A stretch of DNA of 30,223 nt from Candidatus Sericytochromatia bacterium (lineage in GTDB: Bacteria; Cyanobacteriota; Sericytochromatia; S15B-MN24; JAQBPE01): the NCBI GenBank assembly GCA_035285125.1, contig JAYKHR010000073.1, positions 1-30,223 on the forward strand, read 5' to 3'. The notes below the pieces were generated by a model. It was not told where the DNA came from and made no database searches. It was given only the letters and a program-made list of their open reading frames with translations. Positions 9,566 through 18,305 of the stretch are shown here, piece by piece; the stretch's first letter is position 1, and every line of letters starts with the position of its first letter. The position numbers were made by a program, and so were the translations under genes.

Positions 9566-10588
9566 ATGAGCCCGGCGCGCAGGGCCCTCGTCACGGGGGC
9601 CACGGGCTTCCTCGGTCAGGCGCTCGCTCACCGGCTGCAAGGCGCGGGCTGGGAGGTCGTCGCCTTTGGCCGCAACGAGGCCGTTGGAGCTCGCCTGGCC
9701 GCTGCGGGGATGCGCTTCTTCCGCGGAGACCTGGCTGACGCAGCCGCCGTCGAGGCCGCTGCCGCGGGGGCCTCGCACGTCTTCCACAGCGGCGCGCTGT
9801 CCTCCCCCTGGGGCCGCGCGGCCGACTTTGAGGCCGCCAACGTGGCGGGCACCCGGCACGTGATCGCGGCCTGCGAGCGCCACGGGGTGGAGCGCCTGGT
9901 GCATGTCTCGACGCCGAGCCTGTACTTCGACGGCCGCCACCGGCTCGCCATCCGCGAGGACGAGCCCCTGCCGGCCCGCGGCATCAACGTGTACGCCGAG
10001 ACCAAGCGCCGGGCGGAGGGCCTCGTGGACGCCGCCGCCGCCCGGGGCCTGCCGGTCGTGACGCTGCGGCCGCGGGCGCTGTTCGGGCCGGGCGACACCA
10101 CCCTCCTGCCGCGCCTGGTGCGCGCCAACGCCCGCGGCTTCCTGCCCCTCATCGACGGGGGGCGGGCCCTGACGGACGTCACCTACGTCGACAACGTCGT
10201 CGATGCCTTGCTGGCCGCCGCGGCCGCGGGCCCCGAGGCGCTCGGGCGCCACTACAACGTCAGCAACGGCGAGCCGATGCCGCTCATCGACCTGCTCTCG
10301 ATGCTGTTCGGGCGTCTCGCGCTGCCCATGAACGGCCGGGCCGTGCCCTACGCCGTCGCCTGGGCGCTGGCTGCGGGCCTCGAGGCCGCGGCGCATGCCA
10401 CCGGGGGCCGCGAGCCCGTCCTGACTCGCTACACCGTGGGGGTCCTCGCCCGCACCCAGACGCTCGACCTCACGGCGGCCCGGCGCGAGCTGGGCTACGC
10501 GCCGCGGGTGTCGGTTGCCGAGGGGCTGGAGCGCTTCGCGGCCTGGTGGGAAGCCGAGGGCGCCTCGGGAGGGCCGTCGCGTGGGTGA
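9566..10588 (+). CDS. NAD-dependent epimerase/dehydratase (3-beta-HSD-like extended SDR)
   Basis: ALVTGATGFLG Rossmann motif; VHVSTPSLY; YAETK (YxxxK); RPRALFGPGD; YVDNVV. Confidence 0.9.
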   Translation: MSPARRALVTGATGFLGQALAHRLQGAGWEVVAFGRNEAVGARLAAAGMRFFRGDLADAAAVEAAAAGASHVFHSGALSSPWGRAADFEAANVAGTRHVIAACERHGVERLVHVSTPSLYFDGRHRLAIREDEPLPARGINVYAETKRRAEGLVDAAAARGLPVVTLRPRALFGPGDTTLLPRLVRANARGFLPLIDGGRALTDVTYVDNVVDALLAAAAAGPEALGRHYNVSNGEPMPLIDLLSMLFGRLALPMNGRAVPYAVAWALAAGLEAAAHATGGREPVLTRYTVGVLARTQTLDLTAARRELGYAPRVSVAEGLERFAAWWEAEGASGGPSRG

Positions 10589-11444
10589 CGTCCGCTTCAG
10601 CCTGCTGGCCGCCGGCCACTGCACGGTGCCGGGCCACCTCGTGCTGCCGGGCACGCCGCGGCGGCCCTGTCGCTTCCCCGCGCTCGTCGGGCTCATCGAG
10701 CACCCGCGCCACGGCCTGGTGCTCTTCGACACCGGCTACACGGAGCGCTTCCACGCCGCCACGCGCCGGGGCGTGGGCTGGTTCTACGGCAAGGTCACGC
10801 CCGTGACGTTCGCACCGGAGCAGGCGATCGCCGCCCAGCTGCGCGCGCGCGGCCACGACCCCGCCGACGTGCGCTGGGTGGTCCTCTCTCACCTGCACGG
10901 CGATCATGTGGCCGGCACGCAGGACTTCCCGCGCGCCCGCTTCGTCTACGTCCAGAGCGCCCATGAGCGGCTGCAGCGCCTCGGCCGCGTGAGGCAGGTG
11001 ATGCACGCCTACCTGGCCGAGCTGCTGCCCCGGGACTTCAGCGACAGGGCGCTGCCCATCGAGTCCCTGCCCGTCAGCCCCCTCGGCCGGGGCGGCTTCC
11101 CGGGCGGCCGGGACCTCTTCGGCGACGGCAGCGTGGTGCTCGTGGACCTGCCGGGCCACGCCTGGGGCCACGTCGGGGCCCTCGTCGCGGCGCAGGACGG
11201 CGACTGGCTCATGGCGGGCGACGCCTGCTGGGCCAGCGAGGCCGTCCGGCGCAACGTGCTGCCTGCGCGGCGTGCGCAGTGGCTCTTCCCGGACCGCGGC
11301 GCCTACCGCGACACGCTCGGCCGCCTGCATGCCCTGCACCTCGCGCAGCCAGACCTGCGCATCGTGCCCTCCCACTGCGAGGAGGCCGCCGTGCGCTGGG
11401 GCGCCCTGGCCGGGTCTCCCCCCTCAAATCCGCTCGGGGCTTGA
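10581..11444 (+). CDS. Metallo-beta-lactamase-fold hydrolase
   Basis: LFDTGY, SHLHGDHVAG (HxHxDH), DLFGDGS, LPGHAWGH, AGDA, VPSHC; GTG start overlaps the SDR stop codon. Confidence 0.88.
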   Translation: MGDVRFSLLAAGHCTVPGHLVLPGTPRRPCRFPALVGLIEHPRHGLVLFDTGYTERFHAATRRGVGWFYGKVTPVTFAPEQAIAAQLRARGHDPADVRWVVLSHLHGDHVAGTQDFPRARFVYVQSAHERLQRLGRVRQVMHAYLAELLPRDFSDRALPIESLPVSPLGRGGFPGGRDLFGDGSVVLVDLPGHAWGHVGALVAAQDGDWLMAGDACWASEAVRRNVLPARRAQWLFPDRGAYRDTLGRLHALHLAQPDLRIVPSHCEEAAVRWGALAGSPPSNPLGA

Positions 11445-11469
11445 CTTGCCGCCTCCGGCCTCGTATGGT
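11441..11469 (+). promoter_or_regulatory. Sigma70-type promoter of prfC
   Basis: TTGACT-17 nt-TATGGT, 30 nt upstream of the ATG. Confidence 0.65.
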
Positions 11470-11499
11470 GAAGGGCCGCTGCCCCGAGCCCTTACCGCC

Positions 11500-13128
11500 A
11501 TGACCACCGCCACCTCCCCCCTGGAAGCTGAGATCGAGAAGCGTCGCACCTTTGCGATCATCTCCCACCCCGACGCGGGCAAGACCACGCTGACGGAGAA
11601 GCTGCTGCTGTACGGCGGGGCCATCCACACGGCCGGCGCCGTCAAGGCCTCCAAGGCCGCGCGCCACGCCACCTCGGACTGGATGGAGCTCGAGAAGCAG
11701 CGCGGCATCTCCGTGACGACCTCGGTGATGCAGTTCCCCTACAAGGGACACGAGCTCAACCTCCTCGACACGCCGGGCCACCAGGACTTCTCCGAGGACA
11801 CCTACCGCACGCTCGCCGCCGTTGACGCGGCCGTGATGCTCATTGACTGCGTGAAGGGCGTCGAGGCCCAGACCAAGAAGCTGTTCGCGGTCTGCCGGAT
11901 GCGCGGCATCCCGATCTTCACCTTCATCAACAAGCTCGACCGCAACGGCCAGGACCCGCTCGAATTGATGGAGGAGATCGAGCGCGTGCTCGGCATCCGC
12001 ACCACGCCGATGAACTGGCCGATCGGCATGGGCTCCGACTTCAAGGGCATCTACGAGCGGCGCACAGAGGAAGTCGTGCTGTTCACGGACACGCGCCACG
12101 GCACCAAGGAGGGCTCGGTCCAGCGCATCGCCCTCTCTGACCCCGGCCTGGGCGCAGCCATCGGCGAGGATTACCTCGCGAAGCTGCGCGAGGACATCGA
12201 GATGCTCGACATCGCGGGGGATCCCTTCGATGCGGGGCGCGTGGCGCGGGGCGAGCTCAGCCCGATGTACTTCGGCTCGGCCATGACCAACTTCGGCGTC
12301 GAGCCGTTCCTCGACTCCTTCGTGGGCCTCGCGCCCAGGCCTGGCCCCAAGCCGACGGCCGACGGCGAGCGCGAGCCGCTCGACGAGCGCTTCAGCGGCT
12401 TCATCTTCAAGATCCAGGCCAACATGAACCCCGCCCACCGAGACTGCGTGGCCTTCATGCGCATCGTGTCGGGCAAGTTCCTGCGCGGCATGAGCGTGCG
12501 GCACGTGCGCCTCGGCCGCGAGGTCCGGCTCGCCAAGTCCCTGCAGTTCATGGCGCAGGACCGCGCGCTCGTGGAGGTGGCCTTCCCCGGCGACGTGGTG
12601 GGCCTGTTCGACCCGGGGTTCCTGCGCATCGGCGACACGCTGTGCGAGGGCGCGGCGATCGAGTTCCAGGGCATCCCGCGCTTCACGCCGGAGATCTTCG
12701 CGACGATCGCGCTCAAGGACCCCTCGAAGCGCAAGCAGTTCAAGAAGGGCCTCGACCAGCTCATCGAGGAGGGCGCGGTGCAGATGTTCTTCCGGCCGTC
12801 GGTGGGCGAGCAGGAGCCCATCCTCGGCGCCGTGGGGCGGCTGCAGTTCGACGTCTTTGCGCACCGCCTCAAGGCCGAGTACGGCGTGGACGTGATCTTC
12901 CGGGAGCTGCCCTACGAGACGGCGCGCTGGGTGCTCGGCGAGGTCACGGACGTTCCGAAGCTCGAGCACTTCGGCGACAACATGTTCTTGCACGACCGGG
13001 ACGGGCGCGCGATGCTGCTCTTCCGCAACCCGCTGGCGCTGCGCTGGGAGGCGGAGCGCCACCCCGACCTGCGCTTCCTCGAGAACCTCGCCGACGCGAT
13101 CGCCGGGCCCCGGATGCCCACGGCCTGA
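11500..13128 (+). CDS. prfC: Peptide chain release factor 3
   Basis: RRTFAIISHPDAGKTTLTEKLLL, SDWMELEKQRGISVTTSV, DTPGHQDFSEDTYRTL, NKLDR, FKIQANM, GAVGRLQFDV. Confidence 0.97.
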   Translation: MTTATSPLEAEIEKRRTFAIISHPDAGKTTLTEKLLLYGGAIHTAGAVKASKAARHATSDWMELEKQRGISVTTSVMQFPYKGHELNLLDTPGHQDFSEDTYRTLAAVDAAVMLIDCVKGVEAQTKKLFAVCRMRGIPIFTFINKLDRNGQDPLELMEEIERVLGIRTTPMNWPIGMGSDFKGIYERRTEEVVLFTDTRHGTKEGSVQRIALSDPGLGAAIGEDYLAKLREDIEMLDIAGDPFDAGRVARGELSPMYFGSAMTNFGVEPFLDSFVGLAPRPGPKPTADGEREPLDERFSGFIFKIQANMNPAHRDCVAFMRIVSGKFLRGMSVRHVRLGREVRLAKSLQFMAQDRALVEVAFPGDVVGLFDPGFLRIGDTLCEGAAIEFQGIPRFTPEIFATIALKDPSKRKQFKKGLDQLIEEGAVQMFFRPSVGEQEPILGAVGRLQFDVFAHRLKAEYGVDVIFRELPYETARWVLGEVTDVPKLEHFGDNMFLHDRDGRAMLLFRNPLALRWEAERHPDLRFLENLADAIAGPRMPTA

Positions 13129-13190
13129 GGCCCGCGCCCGCGGTCAGCCCTGCTCCGGAGCCCGGCCAGCGAGGCTGCGCGGGCGCTACC

Positions 13191-13871
13191 TCACGGACGG
13201 GGCGCGCGCTGCGTCAGCAGCGTGACGATCTGGTCGAGGTCGACCTCCATCGCCAGCATGATCAGCGTCGAGCCGCCGGGCACCTCGGTGGTGCCGCGGG
13301 CGATCTCGACGCCGCTCGCGGTCTCCACACCCACGAAGTTGCACGTCGGCGGGAAACCAGGCCGGCGCGAGATGGCCTCGACCGTCATCCCGGCGATCTC
13401 GCCGTCCTCCGGCACGGGCACCTCGAAGACGTCGATGTTGCCCTTGGCGAGGCGCATCAGCGAGGTGATCTCGGGGTGCTCGATGCTCACCATCAGCTGG
13501 TCGACGAGCGGCTGCACCGACGAGGCGATTGTGGTGGCGCCGGCCAGCCTGTAGGCCTCCTCGAAGTTGTGCTCGCGCATCCGCACGAGGCGGTTGGGGA
13601 CGGCGAAGCTGCGGGCCAGCAGCGTGAAGGCCAGGTTGTCCGCGTCGCTGCGCATCATGGCGCAGGCGATGTCCGCGCGGCGCAGGCCGACGGCCTCCAG
13701 CGAGCGGGGGTCGGTGGCCGAGCCGGTGTGCACCATCGCGCCGAGCTCCACGTGGGCGTACTCCGTGACCGTCGGGTCCGGGTCGATCACCACCACGTCG
13801 TGGGCGTGGGCCAGCAGCTGCTCGGCGAGGGCCAGCCCGACGAGGCCACCGCCCGCGATCACGATGTACAT
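13191..13871 (-). CDS. trkA: TrkA/KtrA family potassium-uptake NAD-binding (RCK_N + RCK_C) protein
   Basis: MYIVIAGGGLVGLALA...VVVID Rossmann motif; GSATDPRSLEAVGLRRAD; DADNL; C-terminal RCK_C; GAGGAGG RBS; TATACT -10 at 13907-13912 (-). Confidence 0.85.
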   Translation of the reverse strand: MYIVIAGGGLVGLALAEQLLAHAHDVVVIDPDPTVTEYAHVELGAMVHTGSATDPRSLEAVGLRRADIACAMMRSDADNLAFTLLARSFAVPNRLVRMREHNFEEAYRLAGATTIASSVQPLVDQLMVSIEHPEITSLMRLAKGNIDVFEVPVPEDGEIAGMTVEAISRRPGFPPTCNFVGVETASGVEIARGTTEVPGGSTLIMLAMEVDLDQIVTLLTQRAPRP

Positions 13872-13946
13872 CCGCGTCCCTCCTCGCTCGCCACCGGCCT
13901 CCGGCCAGTATAGCGTCGCGCCGAGCCCCTCGCCTAGGGAACGTGC

Positions 13947-13975
13947 TTGACGAACGCAAGTGTGATGGCTATCAT
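13947..13975 (+). promoter_or_regulatory. Sigma70-type promoter of the first PLD gene
   Basis: TTGACG (13947-13952)-17 nt-TATCAT (13970-13975). Confidence 0.65.
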
Positions 13976-13978
13976 AAC

Positions 13979-13997
13979 CATAATCTCATCTTAACCA
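13979..13997 (+). promoter_or_regulatory. Pho-box-like direct repeat (11-bp period)
   Basis: CATAATCT-cat-CTTAACCA. Confidence 0.4.
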
Positions 13998-14086
13998 TTT
14001 GGCGCCGCTGCGAATGGCGCCAAAAACCCCAAAGGCCCGCATGGGGCGGTGATTTTCGGGGCTGGTTGCTGAGGAAAGGGGAAGGC

Positions 14087-15403
14087 ATGCCGTCGAGACC
14101 TCTGCGTCCAGGCCGGTTGGCGACGGGCCTTGCTGCCGTGGTGGCGCTCGCCGTGAGCGCCTGTGGCGGACCGGGGGCTGCCCCCGCAGGCTGGCGGCCC
14201 CCCCTGGGGCCGATGGCGGCGCAGCGCTCCGAGGAGCTGACGCTGCAGGACGAGCCCGTCGCGGTGCTCGCGGAGCCGGCGCGCCCCAGCCGCCGGCCTC
14301 GCAGCGTCAGGCACGGCAACTGGGCCCGCCTCCACACCTCGTCGGCGGAGACGTTGCCGGCGCTGCGGGCCCTCATCCACTCGGCCGAGCGGTCGCTCTG
14401 GTTCGAGACCTTCAACTTCGGCAACGACTCGATGGGGCGGCAGATCTACCCCTTGCTGATCGAGAAGGCCCGACAGGGCGTGCAGGTCAAGGTCATCGCC
14501 GACTACGTCGGCAGCCGCTTCCTCAAGGGCCACACGCAGATGGTTCGGGACATGCGCGAGGCCGGCGTCGACGTTCGGATGTACGCCCCACGCTGGATCG
14601 TCAAGGACGACCAGCGCCGGGGCATCAACATCGACCACCGCAAGGTCTACATCGCCGACGGCAAGCGGGCCCTCGTGGGCGGCGTGAACCTGATGGCGCA
14701 CTTCGACACCCACACGCAGGACGTGCTCGTCGAGTGGCGCGGGCCGATCGTGGGCGACCTGACGGCGGAGTACGCGCACGACTGGCAGCAGGCCGGCGGC
14801 CTCCTGGTGGGCGGGCTGCCGCCGGCGCCCCCTGCCCAGCCGGACGGAGGCGTCACGGCGCAGGTCGTGGTCACGAGCCCTGGCGAGGCCCGTTACGAGG
14901 GGCGAGACGCCATCTACGCGGCCATCGACGGCGCCCAGCGCCAGATCGACATCTCGAACCAGTACCTGTGGGACGACCGCCTGATCCAGAAGCTCCACGG
15001 GGCCGTGCAGCGCGGCGTGAAGCTGCGCATGGTGGTGCCCGGCGAGGAGGACCACGGCTACGCCAAGGCCCTGCACGCCGAGGAGATGAAGCGCCTGATC
15101 GACGCCGGGGCCGAGGGACGCCTGTTCACGGGCACCCACCCCGAGGCGCACCTGCACACCAAGTACTTCGGCGTGGACGAGGCCTGGGTGGCCATCGGCT
15201 CCACGAACGGCGACACGCGGGCGCTGATGGACAACCAGGAGCTCGACACCGTCATCACCAACGCGTGGCTGGCGCGGGAGTTCCGCGAGCGCATGTTTGC
15301 GCGCGACTGGACGGAGTGGTCCAAGCCCTTCGTCTACAAGCCCGGAGGCCCGGTGACGAGGCCCTTCCGCAAGCTGCTGGAGATCTTCGACTACTACATG
15401 TGA
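14087..15403 (+). CDS. Phospholipase D superfamily (cardiolipin synthase-like) lipoprotein, PLD-1
   Basis: Lipobox LAVSA-C; two HKD motifs HRKVYIADGKRALVGGVN and HTKYFGVDEAWVAIGSTN. Confidence 0.88.
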   Translation: MPSRPLRPGRLATGLAAVVALAVSACGGPGAAPAGWRPPLGPMAAQRSEELTLQDEPVAVLAEPARPSRRPRSVRHGNWARLHTSSAETLPALRALIHSAERSLWFETFNFGNDSMGRQIYPLLIEKARQGVQVKVIADYVGSRFLKGHTQMVRDMREAGVDVRMYAPRWIVKDDQRRGINIDHRKVYIADGKRALVGGVNLMAHFDTHTQDVLVEWRGPIVGDLTAEYAHDWQQAGGLLVGGLPPAPPAQPDGGVTAQVVVTSPGEARYEGRDAIYAAIDGAQRQIDISNQYLWDDRLIQKLHGAVQRGVKLRMVVPGEEDHGYAKALHAEEMKRLIDAGAEGRLFTGTHPEAHLHTKYFGVDEAWVAIGSTNGDTRALMDNQELDTVITNAWLAREFRERMFARDWTEWSKPFVYKPGGPVTRPFRKLLEIFDYYM

Positions 15404-15449
15404 GGCTTCGGGGCGGGCTCAAGGTGCGCCGCCCGGCCTCGATGCAAGC

Positions 15450-15914
15450 TCAGAGCCGCACGGTGTAGTTCTTGCCGTGGTTCGAGTCCCACTTTCCGTT
15501 GGAGGTGAAGGCCAGCTCCACGGACCTGACGGCCTCCGTGGTCGTCACGCCGTTCGGGCCGGCAGCGGCCAGCTGCACGGTGCCGGTGCGCAACGCGGGG
15601 TGGCCTCTGTAAATCGTCAGGGGGACAGGGTTGAACACCTGCTCGCCGCCGCTCCTCGTCCTGACGCGCACATACGCGTTGATGGGCTGGCTGCCGTCGC
15701 CAAAGTAGCCGGCCAGATCCTCGTACGTGATGGACAGGGCGACCGACCCGCGAGCCTCGCTCGTCACCGCCACGCCATAGGGGTTGTCGAGCCCGGTCTT
15801 GGGGCCGCGCTGAGCCGTGCTTTCGGTGGCGGCGCGCACGGTGGGGGTGACGGGGGCCTTGGTACAGCCGGCGAGCAGGCCGAGGGCGAGCAAGCCGAGC
15901 AGGAACGAACGCAT
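15450..15914 (-). CDS. Lipoprotein with a C-terminal starch-binding-like (CBM21/25/53-type) motif
   Basis: MRSFLLGLLALGLLAG-C lipobox; ends VELAFTSNGKWDSNHGKNYTVRL (WDxNxGxNY); AGAAAGG RBS. Confidence 0.65.
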   Translation of the reverse strand: MRSFLLGLLALGLLAGCTKAPVTPTVRAATESTAQRGPKTGLDNPYGVAVTSEARGSVALSITYEDLAGYFGDGSQPINAYVRVRTRSGGEQVFNPVPLTIYRGHPALRTGTVQLAAAGPNGVTTTEAVRSVELAFTSNGKWDSNHGKNYTVRL

Positions 15915-16027
15915 CGTGGTGAACCTTTCTGTCACGCGGGCGCGAAGGGCGACGGCCGCGGGGGAGTGCCTCCCGGAGGCTGGTGGAATTGAACCTGAGG
16001 GGTTTGTCCGGGGTTTGGACGCCGTCA

Positions 16028-16068
16028 ATGCTAAGGGCAGGCCTGTTTCAGGTTAAGCAATGTTTAAA
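16028..16068 (-). promoter_or_regulatory. Pho-box-like direct repeats (11-bp period)
   Basis: Minus strand TTTAAACA (16068-16061), CTTAACCT (16057-16050), CTTAGCAT (16035-16028). Confidence 0.45.
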
Positions 16069-16121
16069 CCAGGTGTGCGGCGCCCTCGGGCGCTGGGCAG
16101 GCCGTTGGGGGATCTGGCATC

Positions 16122-18305
16122 ATGGTGGGGCGTTTGCGCGTAGCCGACCGGAGGCCGACCATCCCGACCCGCCTGCTGGCCCTGCTGGCCTTGCTGGTTG
16201 CCTTGCTGGCGGCCTGGGTGGGGCTGGCTGACCCCCCCGCTCCTTCCCTCGCCACCCTGCAGGCGCGCCACGCGGAGCTGCTGGCCTGGCGTGAGGCACG
16301 CCCCCTGCTCGCCATGGCGACGTTCGTGGCGGCCTACGTCGTCGTGGCGGCCCTCTCCTTGCCGGGTGCCGTGGTCCTGACGCTCGCCGGGGGGGCGGTG
16401 TTCGGGCTCGTCTGGGGCACGCTGCTGGTCTCGCTGGCCTCCACCCTGGGCGCGACGCTGGCGATGCTGGGCGCCCGATACGTGCTGCGGGGCTGGGTGG
16501 TGGCGCGCTTCGGCGAGCGCCTCGCGGCGCTGGACGAGGGCCTGCGTCGGGACGGCGCCCTGTACCTGTTCACGCTGCGGCTGGTCCCCGTCGTGCCCTT
16601 CGTGGTGGTCAACCTCGTGATGGGGCTGACGGCGATGGAGGCCTGGACCTTCGCCTGGGTCAGCCAGCTCGGGATGCTGGCCGGCACCGTCGCGTACGTC
16701 AACGCGGGCACCCAGCTCGCGCACGTGGCGTCGCTGGCGGACGTCGTGGCGCCCTCCGTGTGGGGGGCTTTCGCCGTGCTGGGCCTCCTGCCCTGGGTGG
16801 CGCGCGCGGCGGTGGGGGCGTTGCAGCGCCGCCGCGCCCTCGCTGCCTGGCCCCGGCCGCGACGCTTCGACCGCAACATGGTGGTCATCGGCGGCGGCAG
16901 CGCGGGCCTGGTGACGGCTTACATCGCGGCGGCCGTCCGGGCGCGCGTCACGCTGGTCGAGGCCCACCGGCTCGGCGGCGACTGCCTCAACACCGGCTGC
17001 GTGCCGTCCAAGGCCCTGATCCGGGCGACGCGGCTGCTGGCGCAGCTGGCGCGGGCAAACGAGCTCGGCCTTCGCACCGCTGGCGCCGAGGTCGACTTCC
17101 CGGCCGTGATGGCCCGGGTGCGGCGCGTCATCGCGGCCATCGAGCCACACGACTCCGCGGAGCGCTACACGGGGCTCGGCGTCGAGGTGTTGCAGGGCCG
17201 GGCCCGGCTCGCCACACCGTGGGAGGTCGTCGTCACCCACCCGGACGGGGCCGAGACGCGGCTGACGACCCGCGCCGTCGTGCTGGCGACGGGGGCGCGG
17301 CCGACGGTGCCCCGCATCCCGGGGCTGGAGGATGTTGGCTACCTGACCTCCGACACCGTCTGGGAGCTGCGCGAGCTGCCCCGGCGGCTGCTGGTGCTGG
17401 GTGGGGGCGTGATCGGCTGCGAGCTGGGGCAGGCGTTTGCCCGGCTCGGCGCCGCCGTCACGATCGTCGACCGCGCGCCGCGCCTGCTGGCGCGGGAGGA
17501 CGAGGAGGCCGCCGCCGCTGTCGCGCAACGGCTCCGGGCTGAGGGGCTGAGCCTGTGCCTGGGGCACGAGGCGCAGGCCTTTGTGCAAGAGGGGGGGGAG
17601 CGCGTGCTGCTCGCGCTGCACGAGGGGCAGGAGGTTCGGCTCCCCTTCGACGCCCTGCTGCTGGCCGTGGGACGGACGCCCAACGTGACGGGCCTCGGGC
17701 TGGAGGACCTCGGCATCCCGGCTGCCGGCACGGTCGAGGTCGACGCCCGGCTGCGCACGCGCTTCCCCCACATTCTGGCCGCAGGCGACGTGGCGGGCCC
17801 GTGGCAGCTCACGCACGCGGCGGCGCACCAGGCCTGGCACGCCGCGGTGAACGGCCTGTTCGCCCCCTTCAAGTCCTTCCGGGTCGATGGCCGCGTCGTG
17901 CCGCGGGCCGTGTTCACGGAGCCCGAGGTGGCGCACGTGGGCCTGACGGCGGCAGAGGCCAGGACCGCCGGCGTGCCGTTCGAGGTCACGCGCTACGGGC
18001 TCGAGGACCTCGATCGGGCGATCGCCGATGGCGAGGCGGAGGGCTTTGTGAAGGTCCTGACGGCGCCCGGCTCGGACCGCATCCTGGGTGTCACGCTCGT
18101 CGGCGCCCACGCGGGCGACCTCGTCGCGGAGTGGGCGCTCGCGATGCGCCACCGACTGGGCTTGAACCACATCCTGGGCACGGTCCACGTCTACCCGACG
18201 ATGGCGGAGGCCAACAAGTACGTGGCAGGGGCCTGGAAGCGGGCGCACGCGCCGGAGCGCCTCCTGACTTGGGTGGCGCGGTTTCACCGCTGGAGGTTGG
18301 GATGA
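16122..18305 (+). CDS. VTT/TVP38 (SNARE_assoc, DedA-like) membrane domain fused to a pyridine nucleotide-disulfide oxidoreductase
   Basis: ALSLPGAVVLTLAGGAVFG...LRLVPVVPFVVVN (VTT); VIGGGSAG, GGDCLNTGCVPSK (redox disulfide), LGGGVIGCE, AAGDV, HVYPTMAE. Start uncertain. Confidence 0.88.
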   Translation: MVGRLRVADRRPTIPTRLLALLALLVALLAAWVGLADPPAPSLATLQARHAELLAWREARPLLAMATFVAAYVVVAALSLPGAVVLTLAGGAVFGLVWGTLLVSLASTLGATLAMLGARYVLRGWVVARFGERLAALDEGLRRDGALYLFTLRLVPVVPFVVVNLVMGLTAMEAWTFAWVSQLGMLAGTVAYVNAGTQLAHVASLADVVAPSVWGAFAVLGLLPWVARAAVGALQRRRALAAWPRPRRFDRNMVVIGGGSAGLVTAYIAAAVRARVTLVEAHRLGGDCLNTGCVPSKALIRATRLLAQLARANELGLRTAGAEVDFPAVMARVRRVIAAIEPHDSAERYTGLGVEVLQGRARLATPWEVVVTHPDGAETRLTTRAVVLATGARPTVPRIPGLEDVGYLTSDTVWELRELPRRLLVLGGGVIGCELGQAFARLGAAVTIVDRAPRLLAREDEEAAAAVAQRLRAEGLSLCLGHEAQAFVQEGGERVLLALHEGQEVRLPFDALLLAVGRTPNVTGLGLEDLGIPAAGTVEVDARLRTRFPHILAAGDVAGPWQLTHAAAHQAWHAAVNGLFAPFKSFRVDGRVVPRAVFTEPEVAHVGLTAAEARTAGVPFEVTRYGLEDLDRAIADGEAEGFVKVLTAPGSDRILGVTLVGAHAGDLVAEWALAMRHRLGLNHILGTVHVYPTMAEANKYVAGAWKRAHAPERLLTWVARFHRWRLG

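Noticed and set aside
13961..13995. Fur box
   Set aside because: AT-rich but a poor match to the GATAATGATAATCATTATC palindrome; explained by the -10 element plus direct repeats.
16122..18305. Mercuric reductase (merA)
   Set aside because: No NmerA domain, no C-terminal Cys-Cys pair and no mer genes nearby.
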